DNA of 59,227 nucleotides, filler included. It is 7 parts of 7 records of this genome, joined end to end, with 100 filler letters (N's around TTAATTAATTAA, not from the genome) between each part and the next. Parts side by side here need not be neighbours in the genome. Positions count along the whole stretch, not along the records: positions 30,711 to 35,945 come from DRR723986_91559; positions 36,046 to 41,183 come from DRR723986_92359; positions 41,284 to 52,276 come from DRR723986_94428; 4 more parts are not named here. The stretch is one strand, 5' to 3'. Below, one piece after another: positions 33,701 through 42,736 of this stretch. The position numbers and the translations under genes are program-made. The notes beneath the pieces are model-generated. The model was not told the DNA's origin and did no database searches. It saw only the letters and a program-made list of their open reading frames with translations. The first letter of the stretch is position 1; every line of letters begins with the position of its first letter.

Positions 33701-34041
33701 TTGGTGAGAACGACGTGGTTGTTACTCAGCTGGAAGAAATCGACGGTTCTACTGTAGCAGCCGTTGAGTTCGGCAACCTGACCACTACCCAGTTGCTGGA
33801 AGCTCTGAACACTGGCGGTAGCGGTGCGGCAGCAGCAGCTAACTTCGTTGGTAACATCCAGAAGTCTATCGTAATGGTAGAGAACTTCGACGGTACTGAC
33901 GGTAACCTGGGTGAGTACAAAGTGTACGAAGTACAGTACAACATCGCTGACGGTGAATTCTCCGCTGCAGCGCTGGTAGGTACTGTTGACTTCGGTGACT
34001 CTCTGGACACCGCAGGTATGGACGACACTAACGTCGCCTAA
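30768..34041 (+). CDS. S-layer-type RTX/T1SS protein with an N-terminal DUF4214-like anchor, frameshifted at C6 (31328-31333); about 1090 aa if one C is removed
   Basis: AGGAG RBS at 30753. ORF 30768-31340 (SELYVAIFNRA, GIQFWVDAL) joins ORF 31264-34041 as ETIP-LTEGRD. GGAGRD, TGSGDD and AGAGND RTX-like motifs; acidic, Cys-free; strong high-expression codon bias on both sides. Confidence 0.85.
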
Positions 34042-34050
34042 TGTGAAATC

Positions 34051-34135
34051 TTGGTTAGGACCAAACAGGTGAACGGCTTCGGCTCAGTAGCCTGACCCCT
34101 CGAAGTCGTGTGTCTTGGCGCGGCTGGCAAGGGGT
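34051..34135 (+). other. Structured 3' trailer of three hairpins, one with a loop-E motif and cUUCGg loop
   Basis: TTGGT-TAGG-ACCAA; CAGG-TGAAC-GGC-TTCG-GCT-CAGTAG-CCTG; ACCCCT ... AGGGGT. Confidence 0.55.
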
Positions 34136-34144
34136 AAAAGAGAA

Positions 34145-34176
34145 GACCCCGCCTGGTTTACCAGGCGGGGTTTTTT
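34145..34176 (+). terminator. Intrinsic terminator of the S-layer gene
   Basis: GACCCCGCCTGG-TTTA-CCAGGCGGGGTT followed by a T-run. Confidence 0.9.
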
Positions 34177-34619
34177 CGTTTCCAGGCAGCTCCTTTTCGG
34201 TTGCGATTCCCACGATGTTCAGGAACATCTGATCGGTTATCACTGACCTGTCAGCAGCGTTTGACGTCGCCGCTTCCTATTAACGTCCGTCGTTTTTGAA
34301 TCAGTTTTCCCAAGTCGTAGCGCGGAGGCAAACACTCGGATGTGTCTGATTTCCCATGGAGGAACGTGAGCGCCACGCAGTGTAGTCCAAGGTAGCCATT
34401 TCGCATTGAAGTGGTGCTTGCCCTCGGGCAAGGCCAGAAAACTTGTGGTTTCAAGGAAAAGCAGAAGCAACTGGAGGCGGAGTTTTCCTACTCTGTGTGA
34501 GGCTAATACGGGGTCAGGGTAATAGAAGCGGTTTTTTATGTTGGGGGCTTAGAAGCTCCCAGACAGGCGCCCACACAATGGTTGGGCGCCTGCCTGCGCG
34601 TGCTGAGGCTTTTAGAGAT

Positions 34620-35945
34620 TCAGAGGATAAAATCCCAGTCTTGTCTTTGCATGTGCTGGTCGGAGGCTTCATCAGACAACGCGATGCCGGTGGCAACGGC
34701 TTGTATCGAAGCTCCGTTTTCAAGGCCATTGACCCAGAATTCATGGCCTTCAGGCTCTGCGTCCCGGTGCAGCAGTGTCTGATAGAGCAGGTCGACCTTC
34801 GCAGCGTTGCTGAGTTGGTCTATGGATTTGCCAATCTTGCTGGTGAACTCTTCTGAGTATAGGAAACCCCAGACAACATCCTCGAAATCGCCTGAGCTTT
34901 CGAGTTTTTCGGCCCAATACTGAAACCCGTCCACCTCGGCCTGACGGTCCAGGAAACGATCGTAAAGAGTGGCTATCCAGCTCAGCTCTGGGGCGTATTC
35001 AAGTGGCACTATCCGGTCACTGAAAATAATGGTTTCGGCGTTGATGAGCGTGTCTGAACTACCACCATCGGTGCTTTCAAGAATAAATACGCCGTGCTCT
35101 TGAGTGAGGACGTAGTCGCTGAAGGTGCCTTCAAGTGTAATGACGTCGTAGCCAGTGCCTCCATGCACCAAGTCGTCGCCGGCGCCACCAAACAAGGTAT
35201 CGTTACCGCTATTGCCAAACAAGCGGTCATTTCCGCCCTTGGAGCCCACCACGTCGTTGCCGGCACCGCCGTGCAGTTCGTCGTCGCCTTCGCCAAGGAT
35301 CAGAGTCTGGCTGCCGGCGCCTGCGTACACAGTGTTGTTTCCGGCACCGCCGGAAAGGTTGAGACCGTCGCCAACCACCACGGCAAACTCAATGTTGTTG
35401 AGTTCCAATCGTCCGCCGCCGAGCCCGCGGCCGTCGATGACCATGGCTTCTCGGAAGTCGCTGTCGGTGCCCGGAGACTGACCACTGATGTGTATCGGAG
35501 CATTGGCGTCGCTGCCCGGTTCCCGCTGCAGGGTGATACGATTTACCCAGAGGTTGCCGTTGCCCGCTTGCCCAAGGAAGCGGCCGCCCCCTTCAAGTTG
35601 GCTGGCAAGATCATCGGTTTCACTGCCGGAGCTGTTGCGGATCAGCGCCAGAAGTTCCTGTTCAGTGGTGTAGGTGCTGGCTGTGTCATTGGTTCGGGCG
35701 CTGGCACCTACTCCGGTCGGTAGGGTGAGAATGGTCACTGGCTGCGTACCATTGGTTCCAGCGAAATGCAGGGGGATGTCTGCGTCGCTGGAGGTTGGGT
35801 CGGTATCGTTCCGGTTGCTCGGCACCGGCTGAATTACGATGGTGCCTACGGTATCGCCGCTTTCCGTTTGTTCCTGTTCTTGTGTAACGGCTACACCGTC
35901 AACCTGATCTGTATCTGGTGCCGGTGCCGGTGCCGGTGCCGGTGC
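34620..35945 (-). CDS. RTX-repeat protein with C-terminal DUF4214, 3' part only (5' end beyond the contig)
   Basis: Frame is open to the contig end (APAPAPAPAPDTDQVDGV...); GGAGND and GNSGND nonapeptides; LYDRFLDRQAEVDGFQYW and LYQTLLHRDAEPEGHEFW. Confidence 0.88.
   Translation of the reverse strand, partial: APAPAPAPAPDTDQVDGVAVTQEQEQTESGDTVGTIVIQPVPSNRNDTDPTSSDADIPLHFAGTNGTQPVTILTLPTGVGASARTNDTASTYTTEQELLALIRNSSGSETDDLASQLEGGGRFLGQAGNGNLWVNRITLQREPGSDANAPIHISGQSPGTDSDFREAMVIDGRGLGGGRLELNNIEFAVVVGDGLNLSGGAGNNTVYAGAGSQTLILGEGDDELHGGAGNDVVGSKGGNDRLFGNSGNDTLFGGAGDDLVHGGTGYDVITLEGTFSDYVLTQEHGVFILESTDGGSSDTLINAETIIFSDRIVPLEYAPELSWIATLYDRFLDRQAEVDGFQYWAEKLESSGDFEDVVWGFLYSEEFTSKIGKSIDQLSNAAKVDLLYQTLLHRDAEPEGHEFWVNGLENGASIQAVATGIALSDEASDQHMQRQDWDFIL
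35917..35945 (-). repeat. (GCACCG)n tandem hexamer encoding an Ala-Pro linker
   Basis: About five copies running into the contig break. Confidence 0.85.
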
Positions 35946-36045
35946 NNNNNNNNNNNNNNNNNNNNNNNNNNNNNNNNNNNNNNNNNNNNTTAATTAATTA
36001 ANNNNNNNNNNNNNNNNNNNNNNNNNNNNNNNNNNNNNNNNNNNN
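35946..36045. other. Artificial contig linker
   Basis: 44 N + TTAATTAATTAA + 44 N. Confidence 0.99.
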
Positions 36046-36775
36046 CTGGTTGAGAAGGACGAGTAGTCTTTGAGGATTGAGTAATTTAGGCGGGCAGCGG
36101 CCTGTGGTGCTGGAGGCGTGACAGATTCAAATTCAAAGGAAGCTTAGTATGCTGTCAATTCTTCCGATTGGTTGCCAGTATGACATCGATGTCGTCGCAA
36201 CACTGGCACTGGACTTGAAATAGTTAAGCTTAACACCATCATGAAGTAAGCCCGCTAGGCTGCTGACCACCTCGCCGAATTTTTCCACCTCGCACCACAT
36301 CAGAGTAATCAGAAGGGAATGTGGGGCTTGATATATCTAGAAACTCCCCCATATAAGATTCGAACTATCAACTTGTCTCACAAAAAAAAACGTGATTCAC
36401 GGTTATGAAGTGGAGAGAAACGTGGTAGTAGCTTTATACGATGTTCGGTCAAACGCACTTACCGAAAAACTATGCGATTGGTTTAAGTTTTTCAAAGGTG
36501 CCAAATATCATTGCAAATGAGATTTACTGTGACTACGTGATAAGCTAGCAAACTGCTCCCATTTTGGCAGTTTATTGAATCAATTTAGTGCATGTCATTT
36601 CCAAATAGTTGGTGTTGCCAGTCCATCATGTCACTAAATAGATCGCATGCAAACGAAATATAGCAAGGGATCAAGGCACATTTACTTCACAAAAAATACG
36701 GTATTTTATCTTTTCATGATATTGTCTTAGGTTGAGATAACTCGGGTTTGGCTAAACAATATTTAGGAATGGAAA

Positions 36776-38476
36776 GTGCGTCGAACTGAACAGCAAGAAA
36801 ATGGGGCTTTGGGAGAAGAGATAGCAGCGAAACAACTTTTGAAACTTGGATTTCTGCCTACTAAAACCGCACACGACTTTGGCATTGATTTTGTGGCTCA
36901 AGTCACCCGCAAACATGAAGTGACTTCTAATTGGATACTCGTTCAAGTAAAAGCCAAAAGATTCAAAAAAAAGAGATCCAAAGGGCAAGGAATGTATGTT
37001 TCGGTTTCAACTAAGCATATCAAACACTGGAAGAATAGTTCTATCCCCGTCGTGATAATTGCTGTCGACGTTGGCCAGGAAGTCTGCTATTGGAGAGATG
37101 CCTCCAAACTCGAGTTAAAAGAAAATCGAAAAGACCTAAGAGTGCATTTTAAGAAATCAGATAAATTGACCCAAAAACACACTTCTAACCTTGTAGAGAT
37201 TGCATGCCCGAGTCATTATGCAGAAGAGTTAAAGCAACGACAAAAACGACGAGGATTGAGCGAACATTGGGAGATACTAGTTCAGGAATTACCGCAAGGC
37301 GAATTTCACATTCTAAATCCAAAGCACGATCAGGCTGACAAAGTTTCACCTCAAATTACGACCGTTGTATTTGAAAAAGGTTCAAGCGCTGAGGAAAAAT
37401 TCGATAAGATGGACAAGACTGGAGAACCAGTTGTATTAACAAAAGACGAATTCCTAAGAATCGAACATTCTGAAATTGCTAAGTTGTATGAACTACCTGA
37501 AGCCACATTCGTCATGATACGCCAGCTTCCTGTAGCAATTGGAAAGTTTTCAATCATTGCCCACAATGAAAACGGTACAAGCCAGTTCACTGTTAAACTA
37601 ATTCGAGAAAAGTCGGGTTCACAAAAGGTTACGCTCAAAACGCCTGAAGACTCTACATTCGGGCTCACGATTGAATTTTTAATATTTCCGGAACATGTAC
37701 AATGTAAGGTGACCTTTAGCATGAAACTTGGCCATGCTTCCGTATCGGACTTACTTGAAACATGGTGTCATTGGCAAAAAGTTGTTGTCAGTACCAGACT
37801 GTCGGTTGTAGACAAAGAGACTGACTCAATACTTGTAGAAACTAAACCTGGGTTTGAATTCCCACCGAGCAACCTTCATTCAATTTCTGAAACCATTACT
37901 GCACTAAAGATATTGAGAAAGGTGCAGCAACAGGTTGGCCAAACGATCCGTCTTTCTGAAGAGCTTACAGAAGATGGACTAGCGGATCTAGCACGGAACT
38001 ACGAACACTTACTCTATGACGGAATCGGTTTCAAACCAGACCTAAAGTTTTCTGCAACTGTTTCTTCAAGGGAATTGGAACAATGGGGGAAGCTTGCAAG
38101 TGGTAATTATGCATTTCTTTCTGTAACAACCTACTCGCTTAACATATTTGGAACTCACTTCGAGTTGGGAAATACATATCGGTATTTGTTTGGAATTAAA
38201 GAATTTAAACTTGACGACAACACAACAACACCAAGCAATCCGAATGAGATGTTGGATGAGCCTGTTAAGAGTGTTTCATTTAGATCCAAACTTGGAGTTG
38301 TGCTGATCTCTCCTGATTTTTGCAAAAGCTTGCCTAGTGAAGAGCACAATGAATTAGAAAAAATAGGTCTGAATGTCATCCGTTTTTTTCAAGGAGCGGA
38401 AGCACTTAAGTACGATGTTTTCGACTTCGGAAACGGAAAACTTCGGAGTGCCCAAACATCAGCCGGTAAAGAATGA
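36776..38476 (+). CDS. DUF4365-type PD-(D/E)XK nuclease domain fused to an unknown ~420-aa region
   Basis: GALGE, HDFGID, VQVKA and HWKNSSIPVVI in the first ~140 aa. Confidence 0.75.
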   Translation: MRRTEQQENGALGEEIAAKQLLKLGFLPTKTAHDFGIDFVAQVTRKHEVTSNWILVQVKAKRFKKKRSKGQGMYVSVSTKHIKHWKNSSIPVVIIAVDVGQEVCYWRDASKLELKENRKDLRVHFKKSDKLTQKHTSNLVEIACPSHYAEELKQRQKRRGLSEHWEILVQELPQGEFHILNPKHDQADKVSPQITTVVFEKGSSAEEKFDKMDKTGEPVVLTKDEFLRIEHSEIAKLYELPEATFVMIRQLPVAIGKFSIIAHNENGTSQFTVKLIREKSGSQKVTLKTPEDSTFGLTIEFLIFPEHVQCKVTFSMKLGHASVSDLLETWCHWQKVVVSTRLSVVDKETDSILVETKPGFEFPPSNLHSISETITALKILRKVQQQVGQTIRLSEELTEDGLADLARNYEHLLYDGIGFKPDLKFSATVSSRELEQWGKLASGNYAFLSVTTYSLNIFGTHFELGNTYRYLFGIKEFKLDDNTTTPSNPNEMLDEPVKSVSFRSKLGVVLISPDFCKSLPSEEHNELEKIGLNVIRFFQGAEALKYDVFDFGNGKLRSAQTSAGKE

Positions 38477-38620
38477 AGGATTGATAAATCAACAAACAGT
38501 AGAAATCATTAGATTGCAATTGAGGAGTCAAAAGTTTCCCATGAAAAGAAGTAGTTAACAGATCCACAGAATATCATATTCGGCAGGGCAACCGAACCTG
38601 AATGCAACCTTAGTGGGCAT

Positions 38621-39550
38621 TTAGTACCATGCACCACGAGGTGTTCTTTCGACTGGAGTGGGCTTTATCTTGCTCGGCATACTTTCGAAGGTAGAGCGAT
38701 TTTGCACGTCCGCAGTTACGCAGTAGGGTATCCCGATTACCACGCATAAAATCAATATAGAGATGAGGCTCCGCCGAATTCCGATCCGAACCAATCGGTA
38801 CCATTCTCGACCATAAAAGTCAACAACTAAATAGACTCCCCGTCTGATGCATTTCCGAGCAACGTGACATACATACCATACCGGAAGAAAGATGACGACT
38901 ATCCCGAAAGCCCCCAATAACATGATCAGCGAGTGGTAAGCAAAACTGGAAACTATCATTCCAGTTGAGATTGTAACCTCAGAGCCAATTTCCCCTGCCC
39001 CTTCAATAATGCCCTCAATATTGAGCGGAGCATTTGGTGAACCAACGTACAGAAGTTCACCAACAAACCCATCTTGATACTCAACAATGTCAAAAGAAAC
39101 ATGCAAATCACGAATAGGGCGACCTTCTTGGACGGGGTGTAGTTGGAAGTTTGCAATTGCCCTACTTGAATCAATAATGGAAAAGCTAACTATTTCGCTA
39201 GAACTGTCCTGCAGCGAAATGACGATATCTGATAGAATGTTTTCTGGGCGAATTGCCTCTTTGCCATTGTTCCAAAAGTAGAAATACACCTTGTATAGGT
39301 CATTCGTTATCTCACATCCGTCCGGCTTGACAACAGATAACTGAGTTTTTTCAAATGCAGCTAAATCAATCAATTTTGGTCGATGAGTTTGCTTTACAAA
39401 GATAGGTTCTCTTTGCCTTTGCGACTTCTCGTAAAAAACGATTGATAGGTACAACCCTGCCAAAGCAAGGACAATGCCCAACAAGCTAAGCCAGTTTTTC
39501 TTGAGATAATGAAACAATCTATGCATTTCGAGTGAGTCCACGTATTTCAA
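38621..39550 (-). CDS. Hypothetical membrane protein (one N-terminal and two C-terminal TM segments)
   Basis: 309-aa ORF; hydrophobic segments flank a beta-rich domain (FWNNGKEAIRPENI). Start may be the ATG at 39523. Confidence 0.7.
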   Translation of the reverse strand: MKYVDSLEMHRLFHYLKKNWLSLLGIVLALAGLYLSIVFYEKSQRQREPIFVKQTHRPKLIDLAAFEKTQLSVVKPDGCEITNDLYKVYFYFWNNGKEAIRPENILSDIVISLQDSSSEIVSFSIIDSSRAIANFQLHPVQEGRPIRDLHVSFDIVEYQDGFVGELLYVGSPNAPLNIEGIIEGAGEIGSEVTISTGMIVSSFAYHSLIMLLGAFGIVVIFLPVWYVCHVARKCIRRGVYLVVDFYGREWYRLVRIGIRRSLISILILCVVIGIPYCVTADVQNRSTFESMPSKIKPTPVERTPRGAWY

Positions 39551-39766
39551 AGAATCGTGATTCTCTCAATATATTCTATTTTTTTCTATCAAGAGTACTT
39601 AATATTTTTCTCTCATAGTTCTATTTTATAATCTTCTGTTACTCCTCAGACATTAAGTGAATCTATCCAATACAAGCAAGCCCACACCCCTAAATCCCCG
39701 TACTCGATCCAAAACCGACAATCGATCTTCCGCTTTCGTATACCCCCCAAATTCCAGTCAGTCCCA

Positions 39767-40102
39767 GTCCGCGGCACTCTACAAATCAGCGACGTCATCC
39801 GCATTCAAATGGCCGTGCAGGCCAAACGCTGGAAATCCAACATCCAAAGTCCCGTGGTTCAACAAGTGCGCGGTAGCCTCGGCGTGCATGATCAGGGACT
39901 GATCATCACGACCAGCAATTTCAGCAAAGGCGCAATCAAAGAAGCCAATCAGGCCGACAAAACTCCTGTCGGCCTGGTCAACGGCAGCCAGCTAGTTTCC
40001 CTGCTCCTGGAATACAACATCGGCGTCCAGCGCGTCTCGCACGATCTCTTCGAATTGGCTACATTGCCTGTCGCTCAGAAGCTCACTACTAAAGAAAATT
40101 AA
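39767..40102 (+). pseudogene. C-terminal remnant of an Mrr-like restriction endonuclease
   Basis: VRGTLQISDVIRIQMAVQAKRW, GLIITTSNFSKGA and LVNGSQLVSLL; the GxD motif and N-terminus are absent upstream. Confidence 0.75.
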
Positions 40103-40578
40103 GTCCAGTCGTAATCGGAGCCTGCTAAGTTGAATAATGCACTGCGCACAATCTTGAGCTGAAAACCCTCCGCTGCTTGATTCTGTCGAAATTTGTTCCT
40201 AATAGCCGCACAGATGTTTAACCTTTTATCGAATCGTCACAGTAATCGTTTTCTGTGCATGTTTTGCGTAATTATTTCACATTCAAACTCCATTTTTCAC
40301 TTTCGACTACCATCTATTTCTAACCACTACAACTCATATACAAGCAGCTGTTCTTTTTACCGGCAGCCCACAATTACTGATATTCAGAGATACAAGCTCC
40401 ATATTCTGACGCTATTTACCTATTGTTGTTACACAGCCTTTTTTGTATATTAATACTGAAAAGCGCACTACTTCAAACATTTATTCAATTGCTTTTCTTA
40501 ATATGTAGTAAGGAATGTTGCTTTTTCACTCACTTCAACATTACCTGCAAATTCCCAAGGTATCATTTGGTAGTATCC

Positions 40579-41163
40579 ATGACCACAACAAGAGTTTCAA
40601 GATTTGGCATTGCTAGTAATTTCATCGTCGCCAACAAAACTGTAGCAATTCAGCAATCTTTCCGCATTCCCATTGTTTTGATAGTTTTCATGACATTACT
40701 TGGCGTCACAAGTAGTATCAGCTATGGACAACCAATTGATGATTTTCGAAAATCCACCGTTGAATTTGGAGAGGTTGAGCCCGGCATTCGGTTTCAGACT
40801 CGTGTTACGATCAAGGCACCAATCGGTGGAATCAGAATTTTTGGTTTGACTTCTAATGGAGGAACGACCAATTTTAAAGTTGACTCACTCTGCGGGTTCG
40901 CCTACCCACAAAATATTCCACATTTTTTGGCCGAGGGTGAGTCCTGTGTGGCCGTAGTATCTATTGAGCCGTTATCATCTGAATTTGAGTCTCTCGTATC
41001 AAGTGCTAAAGAACCCGGACAGTCAGTTCAGAATGACTTTCAAAAGAGCAACGAGTTTCGGTTCTTGACAGATGGGGATTGTTACGGATGGGGATTCTTT
41101 AATTACAGTTTCTGGGGCTACTACAAACAATGGATCCTGACGCAAGGTAAAACGAGACTGTAA
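40579..41163 (+). CDS. Hypothetical exported protein with a possible Ig-like domain
   Basis: Hydrophobic segment followed by VEFGEV ... LAEGESCVAVVSIEP. Start uncertain. Confidence 0.5.
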   Translation: MTTTRVSRFGIASNFIVANKTVAIQQSFRIPIVLIVFMTLLGVTSSISYGQPIDDFRKSTVEFGEVEPGIRFQTRVTIKAPIGGIRIFGLTSNGGTTNFKVDSLCGFAYPQNIPHFLAEGESCVAVVSIEPLSSEFESLVSSAKEPGQSVQNDFQKSNEFRFLTDGDCYGWGFFNYSFWGYYKQWILTQGKTRL

Positions 41164-41183
41164 ATAATTCTGTGTAACTGCTG

Positions 41184-41283
41184 NNNNNNNNNNNNNNNNN
41201 NNNNNNNNNNNNNNNNNNNNNNNNNNNTTAATTAATTAANNNNNNNNNNNNNNNNNNNNNNNNNNNNNNNNNNNNNNNNNNNN
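41184..41283. other. Artificial contig linker
   Basis: 44 N + TTAATTAATTAA + 44 N. Confidence 0.99.
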
Positions 41284-41332
41284 AACCCTCAGAGCCGAAA
41301 TCTGATATTCTATTCAGTTGAACTACGGGGCC
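41284..41332 (-). tRNA. tRNA-Arg(TCG), 3' end cut at the contig boundary
   Basis: Minus strand GGCCCCGTAGTTCAACTGAATAGAATA-TCAGA-TTTCGGC-TCTGA-GGGTT. Confidence 0.85.
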
Positions 41333-41359
41333 AGTATATCTTCTAACAAGATGTACTAT

Positions 41360-41393
41360 AAAAAAATGGTGGAACACTATCTGCTCCACCATT
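41360..41393 (-). terminator. Terminator-like hairpin between the two tRNAs
   Basis: Minus strand AATGGTGGA ... TCCACCATT followed by a T-run. Confidence 0.6.
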
Positions 41394-41394
41394 G

Positions 41395-41468
41395 TGGGCC
41401 CACCAGGGCTCGAACCTGGGACCCCTTGATTATGAGTCAAGTGCTCTAACCAGCTGAGCTATAGGCCC
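41395..41468 (-). tRNA. tRNA with CAT anticodon, probably tRNA-Ile2 (lysidine); CCA not encoded
   Basis: GGGCCTATAGCTCAGCTGGTTAGAGCA-CTTGA-CTCATAA-TCAAG-GGGTC-CCAGGTTCGAGCCCTGG-TGGGCCCA folds into a full cloverleaf. Confidence 0.92.
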
Positions 41469-41635
41469 TGATTTTTTTAAGAAGTTTGGTTCTTCTCTTC
41501 AACATATATTGGCCTAAAACCAATTTCCCTATAGTGAAGCTACCTGTCTTGAGCCTGTTGAAGGAAACTATAGGCCGTCTTTGTTTCAAGAGAGTGACAG
41601 ACTCTCATTGCTTAAAACTTGCGTTTCAAGGCCTG

Positions 41636-41643
41636 CAAATTTA
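41636..41643 (-). promoter_or_regulatory. -7 promoter element for the tRNA operon
   Basis: TAAATTTG on the minus strand, about 165 nt upstream of the tRNA. Confidence 0.6.
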
Positions 41644-41686
41644 TTGCTTTAAATTAGATATGCAAAATTCAATGGCATCAATTATT

Positions 41687-41719
41687 AAAAAAGGGGACAT
41701 CTAAATGATGTCCCCTTTT
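41687..41719 (-). terminator. Terminator after the DUF3078 gene
   Basis: AAAAGGGGACATC / GATGTCCCCTTTT stem. Confidence 0.8.
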
Positions 41720-41741
41720 AATTTTTATTGTTAAAAAGATA

Positions 41742-42716
41742 TTAAGGTGCTTTGAAATTATAGGTTAACCCTATTCCTAAAACTTCCTTGAACTGAACTC
41801 TTGGTCCTCTTCCGGTGGCAACTCCATCATTATCGAAAACTGTGATATCAATATCATCATCATATATCAACTGAGTTGTTAAACTTGCGGAAATGTATTG
41901 ATTTACCTTTAACTGTAGGATGTTCTCCCAGTTGACATCAATACGGTCTGGATTATTTAAATAGTTTGAGAAAAGATCTAATCTAGATATGAAGCTCACA
42001 TTCTGAAAAGCTTTTCTTTCGGCATCAACATTCTCTAATTTTAACTGTAAACGAACATAGCCCCCAAGCTCAGTTCTGATTTTCCCTGTTTCATTAGGGT
42101 CTAAACCAAAGGAACGAGCAGCAGCCAACGTGTCATCTAAAACGAAAGTGTTTTTCATGGTCAATGGCGCAATGAATGCAGAGAACACTTTGCTCGGTTT
42201 GTAGTCGATACCAGCTGCAGCAAGTAAATAACCTGGAGCCATGAATCTTGAAATCACAGTAGAATCATCTGGATAACTATATCCCGGTGTTGACTGTGTT
42301 TTAAAATTCAACAAAGCTGATAAAAACATTGTTGGTTTTTTTGAATCGCCTAAAGCGTAACCATATTTTGAGAATAAGTCAATCTTATCATCTGTTTTCA
42401 ACAATGCTGCGTTATCACCTCTTCCTTGATATAATAACCCATATCCCAAATCAAGTGAATTTTCCCATTGACCTTTACCTTTAGTGTAATTGGCATATAA
42501 GCTGGCTCCACCATTTAATGAGAAAGAATTTAATCCACCGGCATTCCAGTTCGTCAAGCTCACTTGTGAAAAATTAAGAAATAAACTCCCCCCTTTTTTC
42601 CAACCTTGTAAGGTATCGATTTCATTTTTTTTGAGATCTTTTTCGGCATCTGTAACCTGAGCGTATACATTGCTCATTCCGCACAATAACGCCATTATGA
42701 ATAGAACTTTTTTCAT
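41742..42716 (-). CDS. DUF3078 outer-membrane beta-barrel protein
   Basis: SQVSLTNWNAGG, KTDDK, FMAPGY and QFKEVLGIG motifs. Confidence 0.85.
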   Translation of the reverse strand: MKKVLFIMALLCGMSNVYAQVTDAEKDLKKNEIDTLQGWKKGGSLFLNFSQVSLTNWNAGGLNSFSLNGGASLYANYTKGKGQWENSLDLGYGLLYQGRGDNAALLKTDDKIDLFSKYGYALGDSKKPTMFLSALLNFKTQSTPGYSYPDDSTVISRFMAPGYLLAAAGIDYKPSKVFSAFIAPLTMKNTFVLDDTLAAARSFGLDPNETGKIRTELGGYVRLQLKLENVDAERKAFQNVSFISRLDLFSNYLNNPDRIDVNWENILQLKVNQYISASLTTQLIYDDDIDITVFDNDGVATGRGPRVQFKEVLGIGLTYNFKAP

Positions 42717-42736
42717 CTTAAAATAAATTGTGATAC

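Noticed and set aside
31236..34028. Long antisense ORFs (384, 274 and 102 aa) opposite the S-layer gene
   Set aside because: These are shadows of strong codon bias in a highly expressed gene and carry no recognisable motifs.
34055..34856. Short ORFs between the two RTX genes
   Set aside because: They overlap the terminator or the real gene, and show no coding bias or motifs.
36046..36775. CRISPR array or ncRNA in the ORF-poor region upstream of the DUF4365 gene
   Set aside because: No regularly spaced repeats, only scattered short palindromes.
41228..41704. ORFs over the tRNA region
   Set aside because: They are translations of tRNA genes, leader sequence and linker Ns.
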